A stretch of DNA of 64,000 nt from assembly GCA_964187785.1 (NCBI GenBank), contig OZ076409.1:40984001-41048000 (forward strand), written 5' to 3'. Shown here piece after piece: positions 33,992 to 48,516 of the stretch (the stretch's first letter is position 1; every line of letters starts with the position of its first letter). A program made the translations under genes and the position numbers. Below the pieces are notes generated by a model. It had not been told where the DNA came from, did no database searches, and saw only the letters and a program-made list of their open reading frames with translations. Origin of the DNA: Amphiscolops sp. MND2022 (lineage: Eukaryota).

Positions 33992-34597
33992 AACAAGACG
34001 GGAACGTCTAAAGTCGGCGCTATATCTAAGGCTCAAAAAGCTCAGAGTTTTCTAAATATGCCCAGGATGTATTCATGAAAAGCTTTGAAAACACTTTCGA
34101 GACACCCAAAGTGTGCCTTTCATGCACGATATGACTGGAAAATCAGTTTTCCCGACTCGACTGGAAACAAAGAAAAATTTTTTTCGGAAGTTTTTTTTTG
34201 AAAAAACTTCGAAAACGTCACATAGTGCCGAAAAATGAAAAGGGGGACCCTTTGGGATTCATCAACATACTTTTTGTTGCAAAATATCAGAAAATCCGAA
34301 GGGGGGACTCTTTTGAAAAATTAAAAATTTTCGAAAAAAAAGAATTCGCACAGTGCCGAAAAAAAGTTGAAAGGGGGGACCTTTTGGAGTCTTCCGGTTT
34401 TGTAGGTTACGTAAAAAAGGTAAAAAACGAAAGGGGGACCCTTTGCAGTAAGTTTGCATTGGTCGAACTGGCCTGAGTGAACTTATCAGTTTCTGTAAAA
34501 AGTGGTACATACGCGATGAGCTCTGTGGTCTGACGAAAAAAAAAACTAGCCACTGTAATAGTCGGGCTTTTTTCCTTAAAGGAAAATGCGCCGACTA
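33992..34597 (-). mobile_element. DINE-1/HINE-like element (young subfamily)
   Basis: Same termini; nearly identical to 48517-49134. Confidence 0.8.
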
Positions 34598-35499
34598 AAA
34601 ACAGCATTCGTTTACCGTTAACAAAAAATTCACGTTACTTTCATTTAAAAATATTTGGTATCAATTTTCCCATACTTTGGTGTCTTGATTGTCGCAGGCT
34701 GCCGCCTGCGATGGGAACTGGTATAGTATTGCCTACAATCATTACAGCGCCCTCCCAGGGACAATCCCGATGGACTGAATGGCCAAAAATTGTTACAAAA
34801 GATTGCTGATTGTATTTATATTGGATTAGTAAGTTGAATGTTTCGTATTTAACCCTGCTAATAACCGGACCAAATGTCGGAAAGAACCCATTCCGGCTCA
34901 AATTAGTGTTATCAAGATTAATATGCTGTTACGTTGAAATATTCATACATGCAAACAGTAATGTATTATTTTTACTTTGACACCAAGGGGTACAGGCAAA
35001 TGAAACGTGTTCGAATGTTTCTTTGCCTGTCGTCTTTGACAGCTAGTCCGGTTAAACATTGACCAATCAGAAGCGAGCATTTCTCATGCTACTGTGCAGT
35101 GAATGCTTTTACTTAAAGGCCGTACTCGGCTATTCAACTAATTGGAGCAACCAATTATGGTTGTGGGACATCTAGTCCCAGATTAAATTAAGGCACAAAA
35201 TTATTGAAATGAGTGATTGGGCATTGCCTTTATGGTTTGATGGAAGTTGTTGTTCATGATCATAGACACATGAAGTCGTTGCTGGAAATTACGTGCTTTA
35301 AATAAAATTTTACATGTTGTCCTTTTCCCCCTTATTAGATGCTCATGCAATATACATGTATTTCTCATGCAATTCACTAGAGTGTTTGATGTTATGTCGA
35401 AGAGTCCTACAAGGCCACATAAACATTTTACTGTTTCCATACCATGTAAACTAAAGTTAGAAGCAACATTATGTCATGATGCTCATTATAGTGACACGT

Positions 35500-36265
35500 T
35501 GTGATAACCGTTACTACATTTAGACACTGCGTTTTAAAAATAGCATAGTGACCCACTGACTTATGCTTGTCATGCAAATTTCACTTTATATACCCAGGAC
35601 TTCTAGTCCCGGGGACGATAATGAATTTTGACATACTGCGTTACTGTTGGTATTATAAAATCACGATTTGCAAGCTAGAGCTAATTTACTTCTTTGCTCT
35701 TACAATAATCTCTTATGCCTTCCACTAGAATGCAAAAGGCGAAAGCTAGTAAATCAAGAGAGCTAGACATGATGTCTGACTTTGAAATTATGGACGTGAT
35801 ACTTGGAAATGATAATATCAATCTAATTGAGCGCGAACTTTCAAATGTAATTGGGAATTCGGAAATTCATGGTGACACTGCGTCAATTCCACAACTTAGA
35901 GAAAATAATCTTTGAAAAAGACTTTGGACATTTACGTCCATGAAAACATAGTTCCTGGGCCAGATAGGTTTCAAGAAACAATGGAGACTTTTACCAGTGA
36001 ATTTGATATGATGCTTTCTCAGGAGATGGACTCCATACGCAGATAAATAGAGTAATAACCTCAGCAATAGCAGAAAGAGTCATTCCAGAGATCCAAAACA
36101 TTGTTAGTTCTATGTCCTCTTCGTGAAACAGGGACACGGAGTCTGGTTTGTACCCAGACAGTCAGGAAGTTAGAGAAGACTCAAACGGGTTTAAATAAAA
36201 AATTACAAAAAAGGGCTGTCGGTCTGCAGTTGACCTAAGAGACAACAGCGATTGTAGCCCTTACA
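35500..36265 (+). mobile_element. Candidate solo LTR / retroelement fragment with decayed ORF (MPSTRMQKAKASKSRELDMMSD...)
   Basis: TGTGA...TTACA ends; protein-like but broken ORF from 35715; no TSD found. Confidence 0.3.
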
Positions 36266-38519
36266 CTGATCAACATTTTCAATTTTAGTATTCAATACAC
36301 GAAAGAAGTACAAATTTCGTCCATGTGACTATTCGAGTCCACCGAGTAAGCCCTATGGCACAATGCGTCTTTTACAGCATACTGTTGTCGAATAACTTAA
36401 GCCTGTACCTTTTGCGGGAAAGATGAAATAATTTTAATTAAAAATGTCGCTCCAGCGGTCAACTTATATTGATTGATTCACTAGTATTACCCTCTATATT
36501 ATTGTCTCCAAAAGATCACATCAAGTCTTATTTTTCTTTCGATTGCCTTCCGCGAAGCATGTATTTGACCGTGACGTCATAATACCTCTGGTGCTTTTTA
36601 ATGAAAAATTCAGCGGCTGATAGCATTAAAAACCTAAATTCTTCTTTGATTTATTGATTAAAGTAATCTGAGCCGATCTCATTTCTGATTTATTCCAACA
36701 AGTTTATGCTTGGATTGAAAAGTAGATGCGATTTCTCCCAAGGTAATTAGGTTTAGACCTTGAAATACTCAGGCGATTTATACATTTTTTTATTCCTGCG
36801 AGTTCATTCTGTTGTACCATTTCCCAATTCTCTTTTATTTTTATTCTTTGTCGCAAGCTTAAAACAAAATACTGCAGAATGCAGAGCTCTTGGCGTTTTC
36901 GCTGCTTTCCAATAATCGTTGAAAAACTCACATGCAAGAATACAAATGAAATAGGATTTTTCAAATTTGAATCTAGGTGCTGGTTAGAATTTTTTAATGA
37001 TCAGCTTTTTTTGCTAGGGAACAAAGCACCAAGACACTATAGACATGTGATAACTTATTGGTGATAATTGCCTTCATTCTTGGCTCGAAAATTATTACAA
37101 AATGCAGTGAAGCTAAAGAAAAATGTTGCTTTCCTTCATGATCATTCGCTTTAGCAGTAAGCGCAGAAACAAACAAAAATTGTGTACTTTATGCAAAAAC
37201 GACAAAATCGAAAAAGGAAGATATTTGACCCGCTAATTTTTGGGAGGCAAAAATTTAGTCCCCCTCCAGAAAATTAGTCGTCGGAACTTTCTTCGTGAAA
37301 AATTTTGTCGTATGAGAAAATCCTGTGAACTGATGCGATAGCTCCAATCAGGTCATCTCGAGCTCGAAAAATATTTGTTGGTGTAAAGGTCGTCAAACGG
37401 TTCCTATTACGTATCGTTTGGAATGGGGCAAGCTACCTCCTTGGTTGCTTGCATTTGTGGTTGCCTACACCGATTCCGTCGCCCTTATCAACGATTTTTT
37501 TGAAAGCAATTAAATTCAAAAAACTGAAACAAACGACTTGAGAATTTCTGGTATTTGAGTCACTCACTGGAATTAGACGATGACACAGTTTTGCAGTCGT
37601 TCATTGTTTTCTTTGATATAAAACGTCTTTCGTTTCCCCCATAACCGATAGATCAGCAAATCGAGGAGTGCAAATGAAATTTCAACTGTCAAAAATACCA
37701 AAACAACCCCGCATTTGGATTTTATTTATTAGCAGCAATTAGTCGCCCATGCCAGCCCTCCTTGTGATTCGTAGTAGTCACAGCACAGGCTCCCAGTTCA
37801 AACTGGTCTCCCGTGTTCCAGAAGGCATTATCATACACCGGCTTCCGTCTTTTATTCGATCTCTACCAAAATAAACCGATGTTTGTCCTCTCAAAATATT
37901 CGGCCAACAGCAATTCGTGATCGTGGAAAATTGTTTGAAAGACGTTCAAAGAAAGCGGCAATTAGAGGCATTAGATGTTTTTCTTTTTGTGACTGTTTTC
38001 GCCAAGTCTTCAAATTGTAAGTGATTCACAAGCCAAGCCCCTTTGCTCCATTAGGGTTTCTACAGTCGTTGTGAACAGCTCGCGTTCTTAAGACTACATC
38101 CCCCGTTCGTTTGAATTGTTGCAACGCATTTGTAGTTAGAATATCTTCATCAGCGCCAGTGTTGCTTCAGCGCTGTGTTTCAGTGTATGTTGTATATGTA
38201 CCTCAATCTAATTGTATTTGGTTTTCCGCGTTCGCTCTTGAAAAATGCGTTTCATCCATTGTGGTTCTTGAATCAGAATCATTAGTTTTTGATAACTTAT
38301 TCAGAAAAGAAATGAAATACTAACTTCTGAACTTATTTATATCCATATCGATTGCATAATTCAATGAGGCATCGGTATTACAAAATGTTAACAAATAATC
38401 CAACATTGGGAATTTGTTGATTGAACGAGGCAAATATTTTCTCACGTGTGAACCTAATTGAATATGAGGTGTGTTGAAGCGAAAAGGTGTTGAATTTTTA
38501 TTCAATTTTCATTCAATTC

Positions 38520-41500
38520 AGATGAAAACGGGATCAAACCGAATGAAGAAAAAATTGAAGCGATATTGAAACTATACTCACCGAAAAACACAAAAGAACT
38601 AAAATCATTTCTCTGAGCAAAACAATATATGCCGAAATTTCTACCGAAACTTTCGGAACAAACAGACCGACTGAGAAAACTTCTGAAGAAAAATGAACCA
38701 TGGAACTGGGGAGAAGAACAACAAAAAGATTTTGAAAAATTAAAACAAATGTTACCCGAAGGACAATGTCTGGCCCATTACGCGAAAGACAACAATAACA
38801 TAGTAACAACAGACGCAAGCACCATCGGACTCGGAATAACACTCTGGCAAAAACAAGATAACGGAAACACAAAACCGATAGCATACGGTAGCATATATTT
38901 GAATGAAACCGAAAAGAAATATTCAATCGGCGAATTGGAATTATTAGCGGTAGTATGGGGATTAGAAAAATTCCGATATTATCTATACGGAAAGAAAGTA
39001 TACCTATATACGGATCAACAAGCATTAGAACCATTAATCAAACGAAACCGGTGTAATAAACAATACAGCGCGAGATTAACACGGTGGCTAGACCGATTAA
39101 CACACTCCGATATTTCAATACAACATATTGCAGGCAGCAACCTGAAATTTACCGATTATCTCAGTAGAAATCCGGTAGGGGGAGCAACACCGGAAGAAAA
39201 TTACGAAGAAGAATACGTAATGAACATATTAACCGAGCATGCCAAATTGAATCTGAAACACGAAAGATTATTCGCCGACCAATCAAAACACGATAAAAGC
39301 AAAACCGAAATATGCGGTGACGCAACCGAAACAAAAGACGAGCGCAACGAAAACCAATCACAAACAAACAGAACATTTGAGAACATAAACATCGTGAACG
39401 AAATCGAACTCAACAAACTAACTACATCCGGGCAGTCTGATATTAGCAATTCAAAATCAAGTCACAGTTTGTTACAACAGAATCCAGAAAAAATGGACCA
39501 AGAAAACTTTTATCACTGGGGTGCTACCCGTGAAAACATGGACATTATCAGACGCCGACACAATAGTCCGGAAACCCGAAGACTGATAGAGCAGCAAAAC
39601 GCACTATCCCGGCCAGGAACCCTGAGACGCCGGTACGACCATCAAACACAACGGACCGTATTCGCACCATCCTGCCCTAACAAAAGGAGCCGCAAAGAAA
39701 TCGCGGAAATTGAAGCGGAGATCATGAGACGCGCGAACAGACTGGGAGGAGGATACCAACCAATACAGGAAGAACCGGAAGAAAATACGGAAGAGGGCGA
39801 AATAAATCAAGAACCGGAAGATACCGAAGAAGATAGTATAATACTACGCGGAGACAACCTGCCGATAGTTGATCTAAGCAAGTACAATACTGACGGAAAG
39901 GAGGCAAAATACATCCAGATTAACCATATTGTGGGGAAGCTGACATCGAACAAAAAGATCACGGAGGAAAACATTAAAAAGGCTGAATTCGAGTTCACGA
40001 TGGACTTGAAAAGCCTCATCTCGAAAACCGCGACAGACCCTGAACTCACTCACCTACGAAATAGCATGAGACGAGAAGACTGCGATATTGTTCTGGATGG
40101 ATACGAATCGGTCTTCGACAAACTATCTATTAGATGGGGGCTTGTATTTGTGGATGATCAAATAGTGGTGCCGATCGATCTCCGAAGAAGACTTCTGGAT
40201 ATTCTCCATTTCGCTCACGCCGGAATGACAAAAATGGAAACAGAGGCAAAAATATTCTGGTGGCCGACAAAGAAGTCCGACATTGAAATTTAAGTGAAAG
40301 ACTGCACCGCATGTCTTGCCTCAGGTAAAAATCCTAAATATCAATTACCGAGTAAACACTACAAAAAATTAGAAAAACAAACTGAACCGGGACAAGAAAT
40401 ACAAATTGATTTCACCGGAAAATTGCATAACCAAAAGGTACACGGAGACGTACAAATACTAATTGCGGTAGACAGGTTCAATAAGTGGCCAACTGTAAAA
40501 ATTTGCAAAACCGTCAAAACAAAAGAACTGATACAATTTTTAACTAGTAATTTTAACTTATACGGAATACCGGAGAAAATAAAATCGGATAAAGGAGGTG
40601 CTTTTATCTCAAAAGAATACCGAGAATTTGCAAAAACCGAAACATAGCAATTGAATACTGCACACCCCGAATACACACGGGAAACGGAGCGGTAGAACGA
40701 GCCATACAAACGTTAAAAATTTTAGTATTAACAAACATAGAAGACGGTCAAAATCTTACCGAAAGTGTAAACCGAGCACTCCGAGTGATGCGATTCACCG
40801 TACATACTGGACTCAAGAAAACACCATTCGAATTACATCACGGAAGAAAGCAGAGAACCGAAACAACGAATATTGTTAAAGACAGTAAAACCTTCCTATC
40901 TGATTGGTCAGAATTATCTATTTCAGCACCAATAAGACCGAAGATTCCCATCTATGTGGGTCGAGACGGAGATGGTGAAATAAGAAACCATATCATTATG
41001 GCACGGAACAAAACAGAAGAGAAAAACCTAGCTGGGGGGCCGAAGTCACCGAAAAAGAAAAATTCGGTTAGCTATCCTTTTAGTTTCGAGAAAAAAAACC
41101 ATAACAAAAAATCTTTAGAAGGAAAATTTTAGAAGAAAATACAAACCGCAATAAGCGGAACCAAAAACACCGTGAAAAGGGATACCGGAAAAATTATTAG
41201 CCGAAAGATTGTTTCAATCCCACTATTTCAGACCGAAAGAAAGACAAGATGAGAACCAACACCAAGGACCAGCGGTGAAACTCAACCGAAGAATAGACAC
41301 TGCCTCCGAGGATTAGACAGAAAATATGGCTGCTGGGACGAGATCCTAAGGGACATGTTAAATGGCAAATTGAAGATAGTTCAAAGTAAAGAAAAACCTG
41401 ACAGTGAGACGGAAGACGAAGACGATGATGATGATGATGAAGAGATGCCGGAAGTGACCGGAGACATCACATATGACACATCCGAACGAAACGGAAGTTA

Positions 41501-41859
41501 TGTTCCGATCCTAACAAATCCGGAGGAGGATGCAATTCAAATCCACACCGAAGATGAGATTTCTGGTGAGAATTTAGATCATAAAATACGGCGTTCAAAC
41601 CGAAAAACAAACAAACCGAATAGATACGGTGGTTTATCATACACAGGAAATTTTTGGGGATAAATAGAAAATTAATTTTTATGTATTGCAGGAAACCTCT
41701 GGACCAGGAACAAAGGAACGCCACAACCGGAAACAATCCAAAAGCCAGCAGACTTCCTACCACAGGATCTTGAAACGACACCAACCCGACCATCAACCTC
41801 TGCATCAAAAACCATCTTCGATGATTAGAAAGAACCCGAGAAAAGGAGAGAGGGGGAAA
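38520..41859 (+). pseudogene. pol: 5'-truncated duplicate of Mag-like Gypsy internal region (RT end, RNase H, integrase)
   Basis: TTDAS, ELELLAVVWGLEKF, HFAHAG..CTAC, IDFTG, KSDKG; ~98% identical to 44169-47508 at offset 5649; PPT GAGAAAAGGAGAGAGGGGGAAA 41838-41859. Confidence 0.9.
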
Positions 41860-42096
41860 TGTTATACGGTTCATCCGAATGACCTCTACCGAGTTTCGGT
41901 TACAAACTACTGCCCAAAAATGTCTGATGTACCTAAGAGTTGTTTACAAACAAACTCTAACTAGATTACATTCCTCTATACTCACTTTGTAAACCGTTTT
42001 GATATAGAACACAATACAAAGAAGATTGAGAAAAGAAACTTTATTTTAACTTGTTTTCTTTCACATCTAATATTAGTCTCAGAATAGAACATAACA
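41860..42096 (+). repeat. Shared middle LTR (237 bp)
   Basis: TGTTAT...ATAACA; preceded by a PPT and followed by a PBS-like sequence. Confidence 0.9.
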
Positions 42097-42205
42097 TGTC
42101 GAAGTCAGCCGATTTTTAAATTGAGTAAATCTTTTTAAAACGGAAAACAAGGGGTGAAAGAAATACCGTCCCAAATTTAGAAACAAAGCCACAGACGGAA
42201 GTCCG

Positions 42206-43252
42206 GTGTTTACACCGAGACAATGGCTTGAAAGGTTCCGGCAGTTTTGTAAACGGGAACACAAAATTGATATAACCCCATTACTGAAAGGAGAAAACTT
42301 TACGGATGCTGATTGGAACGGAAAAGAACAGGCCGTACAAGAAGATTTCATATGGGGAGTGGGACCGGAAGCATTATACCAAATAACTAGGGCCGAATAT
42401 AAAACGGAACCCGATAGCATAAAAGTGAAGGACCTAATCCGGTTATTTACCGAATTCTACATGCCGAAAAGAAACACTTACCACAACCGAGGCGACTTCT
42501 TTTGGGCAAAACAAACCGAAGATGAGACACCGGAAGATTTCTGGAGACGACTAATCGAAATCAAAAAAGAGTGTAATTTCAATGCAATATCAGCCGAAGA
42601 ATTGTTGATATCAATATACAAGACCGTAATCACCGATAAAAAATTACGGGACAAAATAATGAAAGAAAAAACATTGGAACTGAAGAAAATAATCGAACTC
42701 ATAAAGCAAAACACATACGAGAAAAATAATGAAAAGAATACAATACCGGAAGCTTTGATATCAACAAAAGAAGAACACATAATAAAAGAAGAACCGATTC
42801 AGAGAATGGAAAGACTCGGAATAAAACCGAAGAATAAAAATTTCGGTAACCGAACATGCAGATTCTGCAATGCTCCAAATTGGACACCAATACATAAGTT
42901 TCCCGCACTAGAAGCTAACTGCAACAAATGCGGAAAGAAAGGACATTACGCGAAAGCATGCAGACAGAAATTCAACAATAACCGAACGATGAAAAGACAA
43001 ACCGAAGAAGAAACAAACGAACCGAACGAATCAACAAGCGACTCAGACGAAAGCATCCATCACAAAAAAGAAATCAAGAAAATAAACGAAATGAACAAAC
43101 ATTTTACAGCAACAGTACAAATTAACGGAATAAAGAAGGATTTCATAATCGATACCGGATCACCTGTTTCAATAATGCCACCCGATAAAAGAATCACGAA
43201 AACCACCGAAATTCAGAAAATACCAAACCGATACCAAGACCTGAACAAGTGA
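42206..43252 (+). pseudogene. gag: gag plus protease N-part
   Basis: CRFCNAPNWTPIHKFPA..CNKCGKKGHYAKAC (Mag-type double knuckle, first one damaged); FIIDTGSPVSI. Confidence 0.88.
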
Positions 43253-46200
43253 AATTCCGGGGGAAAGTTCCGGTGAACATGGAATACGAGAACAACAAAC
43301 AAAAAATGGAAATTTTGATTACTGAAAGAACAGACATAACACCACTACTTGGAATGGATTGGATGAAGAAATTCAAACTTACAATCGGAAGATTACAATT
43401 GGCAGAAAACAACCTATCAGAACGCGAGAAAGTATTCACAAAGTTCCCGGACCTGTTTGAAAACAATGAAACAATAAAAGATACCGCAATAAAAATTCAA
43501 CTAAAACCGGGACACCAACCGATAAAACAGAAAGCTAGACCGGTACCACTACATCTACAGAAATATGTAGAACGAGAATTGGAGAGATTAATAAAATCCG
43601 GACACATGGAAAAAGTAAATAACGTAGACGAAGATTGTTTTGTTTCTCCGGTGGTTATAACCGTAAAAAGTGACAAGTCGGTAAAGATAGCATTGGACTC
43701 ACGAAATATAAACGACAGCTGCATCAAGTTGAAACCACACATGCCGACCATGGAGGAACTACTAAACCAGATTTCGGTTGAAATTACCCGTGACCGTATA
43801 GCACAATTATTCATCTCAAAAATTGATCTAGACTACGCATACGGACATTTGAAATTAAGGGACAAAACCAGCCGGCAATGCGTATTCACACTAACCGAAG
43901 GAAATTTCAGCGGATACTACCGATTTAAAAGGGATTTTACGGACTTGCCGATATCCCCACAATATTTCAAGAAAAGATTGACCGAACACTTGAATACTGT
44001 ACACCGGCTTGGCTAGACGACATAATCGTGGTTACTCGCGGAAGTATACAGGAGCACGAAAAAAAACTATTCGACACTTTAAATAAACTAGAAAAAGCCT
44101 GATACAGAGCGAGTAAAAGAAAGTCCGAATTCTTCATGAACAGAACAAAGTGACTGGGACACGAAAATAGACGAAAACGGGATCAAACCGAATGAAGAAA
44201 AAATTGAAGCGATATTGAAACTATACTCACCGAAAAACACAAAAGAACTAAAATCATTTCTCTGAGCAAAACAATATATGCCGAAATTTCTACCGAAACT
44301 TTCGGAACAAACAGACCGACTGAGAAAACTTCTGAAGAAAAATGAACCATGGAACTGGGGAGAAGAACAACAAAAAGATTTTGAAAAATTAAAACAAATG
44401 TTACCCGAAGGACAATGTCTGGCCCATTACGCGAAAGACAAAAATAACATAGTAACAACAAACGCAAACACCATCGGTCTCGGAATAACACTCTGGCAAA
44501 AACAAGATGACGGAAACACAAAACCGATAGCATACGGTAGCAGATATTTGAATGAAACCGAAAAGAAATATTCAATCGGCGAATTGGAATTATTAGCGGT
44601 AGTATGGGGATTAGAAAAATTCCGATATTATCTATACGGAAAAAAAGTATACCTATATACGGATCATCAAGCATTAGAACCATTAATCAAACGAAACCGG
44701 TGTAATAAACAATACAGCGCGAGATTAACACGGTGGCTAGACCGATTAACACACTTCGATATTTCAATACAACATATTGCAGGCAGCAACCTGAAATTTA
44801 CCGATTATCTCAGTAGAAATCCGGTAGGGGGAGCAACACCGGAAGAAAATTACGAAGAAGAATACGTAATGAACATATGAACCGAGCATGCCAAATTGAA
44901 TCTGAAACACGAAAGATTATTCGCCGACCAATCAAAACACGATAAAAGCAAAACCGAAATATGCGGTGACGCAATCGAAACAAAAGACGAGCGCAACGAA
45001 AACCAATCACAAACGAACAGAACATTTGAGAACATAAACATCGTGAACGAAATCGAACTCAACAAACTAACTACATCCGGGCAGTCTGATATTAGCAATT
45101 CTAAATCAAGTCACAGTTTGTTACAACAGAAGCCAGAAAAAATGGACCAAGAAAACTTTTATCACTGGGGTGCTACCCGTGAAAACATGGACATTATCAG
45201 ACGCCGACACAATAGTCCGGAAACCCGAAGACTGATAGAGCAGCAAAACGCACTATCCCGGCCAGGAACACTGAGACGCCGGTACGACCATCAAACACAA
45301 CGGACCGTATTCGCACCATCCTGCCCTAACAAAAGGAGCCGCAAAGAAATCGCGGAAATTGAAGCGGAGATCATGAGACGCGCGAACAGACTGGAAGGAT
45401 GATGCCAACCAATACAGGAAGAACCGGAAGAAAATACGGAAGAGGGCGAAATAAATCAAGAACCGGAAGATACCGAAGAAGATAGTGTAATACTACGCGG
45501 AGACAACCTGCCGATAGTTGATCTAAGCAAGTACAATACTGACGGAAAGGAGGCAAAATACATCCAGATTAACCATATTGTGGGGAAGCTGACATCGAAC
45601 AAAAAGATCTTGGTGGAAAACATTAAAAAGGCTGAATTCGAGTTCATGATGGACTTGAAAAGCCTCATCTCGAAAACCGCGACAGACCCTGAACTCACTC
45701 ACCTATGAAATAGCATGAGACGAGAAGACTGCGATATTGTTCTGGATGGATACGAATCGGTCTTCGACAAACTATCTATTAGATGAGGGCTTGTATTTGT
45801 GGATGATCAAATAGTGGTGCCGATCGATCTCCGAATAAGACTTCTGGATATTCTCCATTTCGGTCACGCCGGAATGACAAAAATGGAAACAGAGGCAAAA
45901 ATATTCTGGTGGCCGACAAAGAAGTCCGACATTGAAATTTAAGTGAAAGACTGCACGGCATGTCTTGCCTCAGGTAAAAATCCTAAATATCAATTACCGA
46001 GTAAACACTACAAAAAATTAGAAAAACAAACTGAACCGGGACAAGAAATACAAATTGATTTCACCGGAAAATTGCATAACCAAAAGATACACGGAGACGT
46101 ACAAATACTAATTGCGGTAGACAGGTTCAATAAGTGGCCAACTGTAAAAATTTGCAAAACCGTCGAAACAAAAGAACTGATACAATTTTTAACTAGTAAT

Positions 46201-47312
46201 TTTAACTTATACGGAATACCGGAGAAAATAAAATCGGATAAAGGAGGTGCTTTTATCTCAAAAGAATACCGAGAATTTGCAAAAACCGAAACATAGCAAT
46301 TGAATACTGCACACCCCGAATACATACGGGAAACGGAGCGGTAGAACGAGCCATACAAACGTTAAAAAATTTAGTATTAACAAACATAGAAGACGGTCAA
46401 AATCTTACCGAAAGTGTAAACCGAGCACTCCGAGTGATGCGATTCACCGTACATACTGGACTCAAGAAAACACCATTCGAATTACATCACGGAAGAAAGC
46501 AATGAACCGAAATAACGAATATTGTTAAAGACGGTAAAACCTTCCTATCTGATTGTTCAGAATTATCTATTTCAGCACCAATAAGACCGAAGATTCCCAT
46601 CTATGTGGGTCGAGACGGAGATGGTGAAATAAGAAACCATATCATTATGGCACGGAACAAAACAGAAGAGAAAAACCTAGCTGAGGGGCCGAAGTCACCG
46701 AAAAAGAAAAATTCGGTTAGCTATCCTTTTAGTTTCGAGAAAGAAAACCATAACAAAAAATCTTTAGAAGGAAAATTTCAGAAGAAAATACAAACCGCAA
46801 TAAGCGGAACCGAAAACACCGTGAAAACGGATACCGGAAAAATTATTAGCCGAAAATTTGTTTCAATCCCACTTTTTCAGACCGAAAGAAAGACAAGATG
46901 AGAACCAACACCAAGGACCAGCGGTGAAACTCAACCGAAGAATAGACACTGCCTCCGAGGATTAGACAGAAAATATGGCTGCTGGGACGAGATCCTACGG
47001 GACATGTTAAATGGCAAATTGAAGATAGTACAAAGTAAAGAAAAACCTGACAGTGAGACGGAAGACGAAGACGACGATGATGATGATGAAGAGATGCCGG
47101 AAGTGACCGGAGACATCACATATGACACATCCGAACGAAACGGAAGTTATGTTCCGATCCTAACAAATCCGGAGGAGGATGCAATTCAAATCCACACCGA
47201 AGAAGAGATTTCTGGTGAGAATTTAGATCATAAAATACGGCGTTCAAACCGAAAAACAAACAAACCGAATAGATACGGTGGTTTATCATACACAGGAAAT
47301 TTTTGGGGATAA
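43249..47312 (+). pseudogene. pol: pol (PR end, RT, RNase H, integrase), fragmented
   Basis: PLLGMDWM, FVSPVVITVK, KIDLDYAYG, WLDD (44010-44021), RNase H and integrase motifs; several in-frame stops. Confidence 0.9.
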
Positions 47313-47508
47313 ATAGAAAATTAATTTTTATGTATTGCAGGAAACCTCTGGACCAGGAACAAAGGAACGCCACAACCGGAAACAATCCAAAAGCCGGCAG
47401 ACTTCCTACCACAGGATCTGGAAACGACACCAACCCGACCATCAACCTCTGCATCAAAAACCATCTTCGATGATTAGAAAGAACCCGAGAAAAGGAGAGA
47501 GGGGGAAA

Positions 47509-47745
47509 TGTTATACGGTTCATCCGAATGACCTCTACCGAGTTTCGGTTACAAACTACTGCCCAAAAATGTCTGATGTACCTAAGAGTTGTTTACAAAC
47601 AAACTCTAACTAGATTACATTACTCTATACTCATTTTGTAAATTGTTTTGATATAGAACACAATACAAAGAAGATTGAGAATAGAAACTTTATTTTAACT
47701 CGTTTTCTTACACATCTTATATTAGTCTCAGAATAGAACATTTCA
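47509..47745 (+). repeat. 3' LTR (237 bp)
   Basis: Copy of 41860-42096 at offset 5649; ends TTTCA instead of TAACA. Confidence 0.9.
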
Positions 47746-48235
47746 GAATCACAAATTTTGCAAAATTCGTCCTAATTTCTTACCAATTATGCATTTCTTA
47801 CAAGAATCTTACGAGTTTGTACGAAATGCGCAAATTTTGCAAGTTTGTTACAGTGTTGAACATTTGTTACAAGAGTCTGATAACATTTTTGCAAAATTTG
47901 CATCTATTTCTAAGAAATTCTTACAAAAAATGCGATGTGTTATCTCGACCAAAAATTCGTTCAAGATTTTCTGGACCCATTTTGTGTCTTTCTTGAATAC
48001 TCCTGAATTAGAAGTCTGTATCTATATCAGGGTAACATTAATGACTCGGGTAGCATCAAGGACGCTTTTTGGCACCGCGTTTCCTGAAGCCGCTTGTAGA
48101 AAGGATTTTGGGTTTAAATTTTGGTTAGATTTTTTTAACTTTTATAAAATTTTATAAACTTTAGATGAAAATGGTACAAATTTGGAAGATTGTCAAAAAT
48201 TTTAGATGGAGATGGTTTAGATTTAAATTTTTGTT

Positions 48236-48516
48236 GGAATAAGATCCAAAATCACCGTATTTTGGTGAAAAAACATCTAATATCACTATTTTTGAGGAAT
48301 AACGCCTAAAATCACTGTATTTTGGTAGAATAAGATCTAAAAGCACCGTATTCCACTGGAATATCGTCTTGAATCACTGTTTTTTGATAGAATAACGCCT
48401 AAATTCACTATTTTTGAGTAATAACGCCTAAAATCACTTTTTTTGGGAATAACGTCTAAAATCACTATTAGGTGGAATAGCGTCTAAAATCACCGTATTT
48501 TGGTAGAATAAGATCT
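48236..48516. repeat. ~30-bp minisatellite (GAATAACGCCTAAAATCAC../GAATAAGATCTAAAA..)
   Basis: About 9 degenerate units; resumes briefly after the HINE at 49135-49170. Confidence 0.75.

Larger units (their letters stand above)
41860..47745 (+). mobile_element. Ty3/Gypsy LTR retrotransposon (Mag-like), 5,886 bp, disabled
   Basis: LTR - degenerate PBS TGTCGAAGTCAGCC (tRNA-Ser-like) - gag - PR - RT - RNaseH - INT - PPT - LTR; many stops and frameshifts. Confidence 0.92.

Noticed and set aside
33195..34607. Short F/K-rich ORFs (also 48592-49141, 61491-62142)
   Set aside because: Arise from low-complexity A/T tracts in non-autonomous repeats.
48236..48516. CRISPR-like array
   Set aside because: The apparent spacers are similar to each other; it is a degenerate minisatellite.
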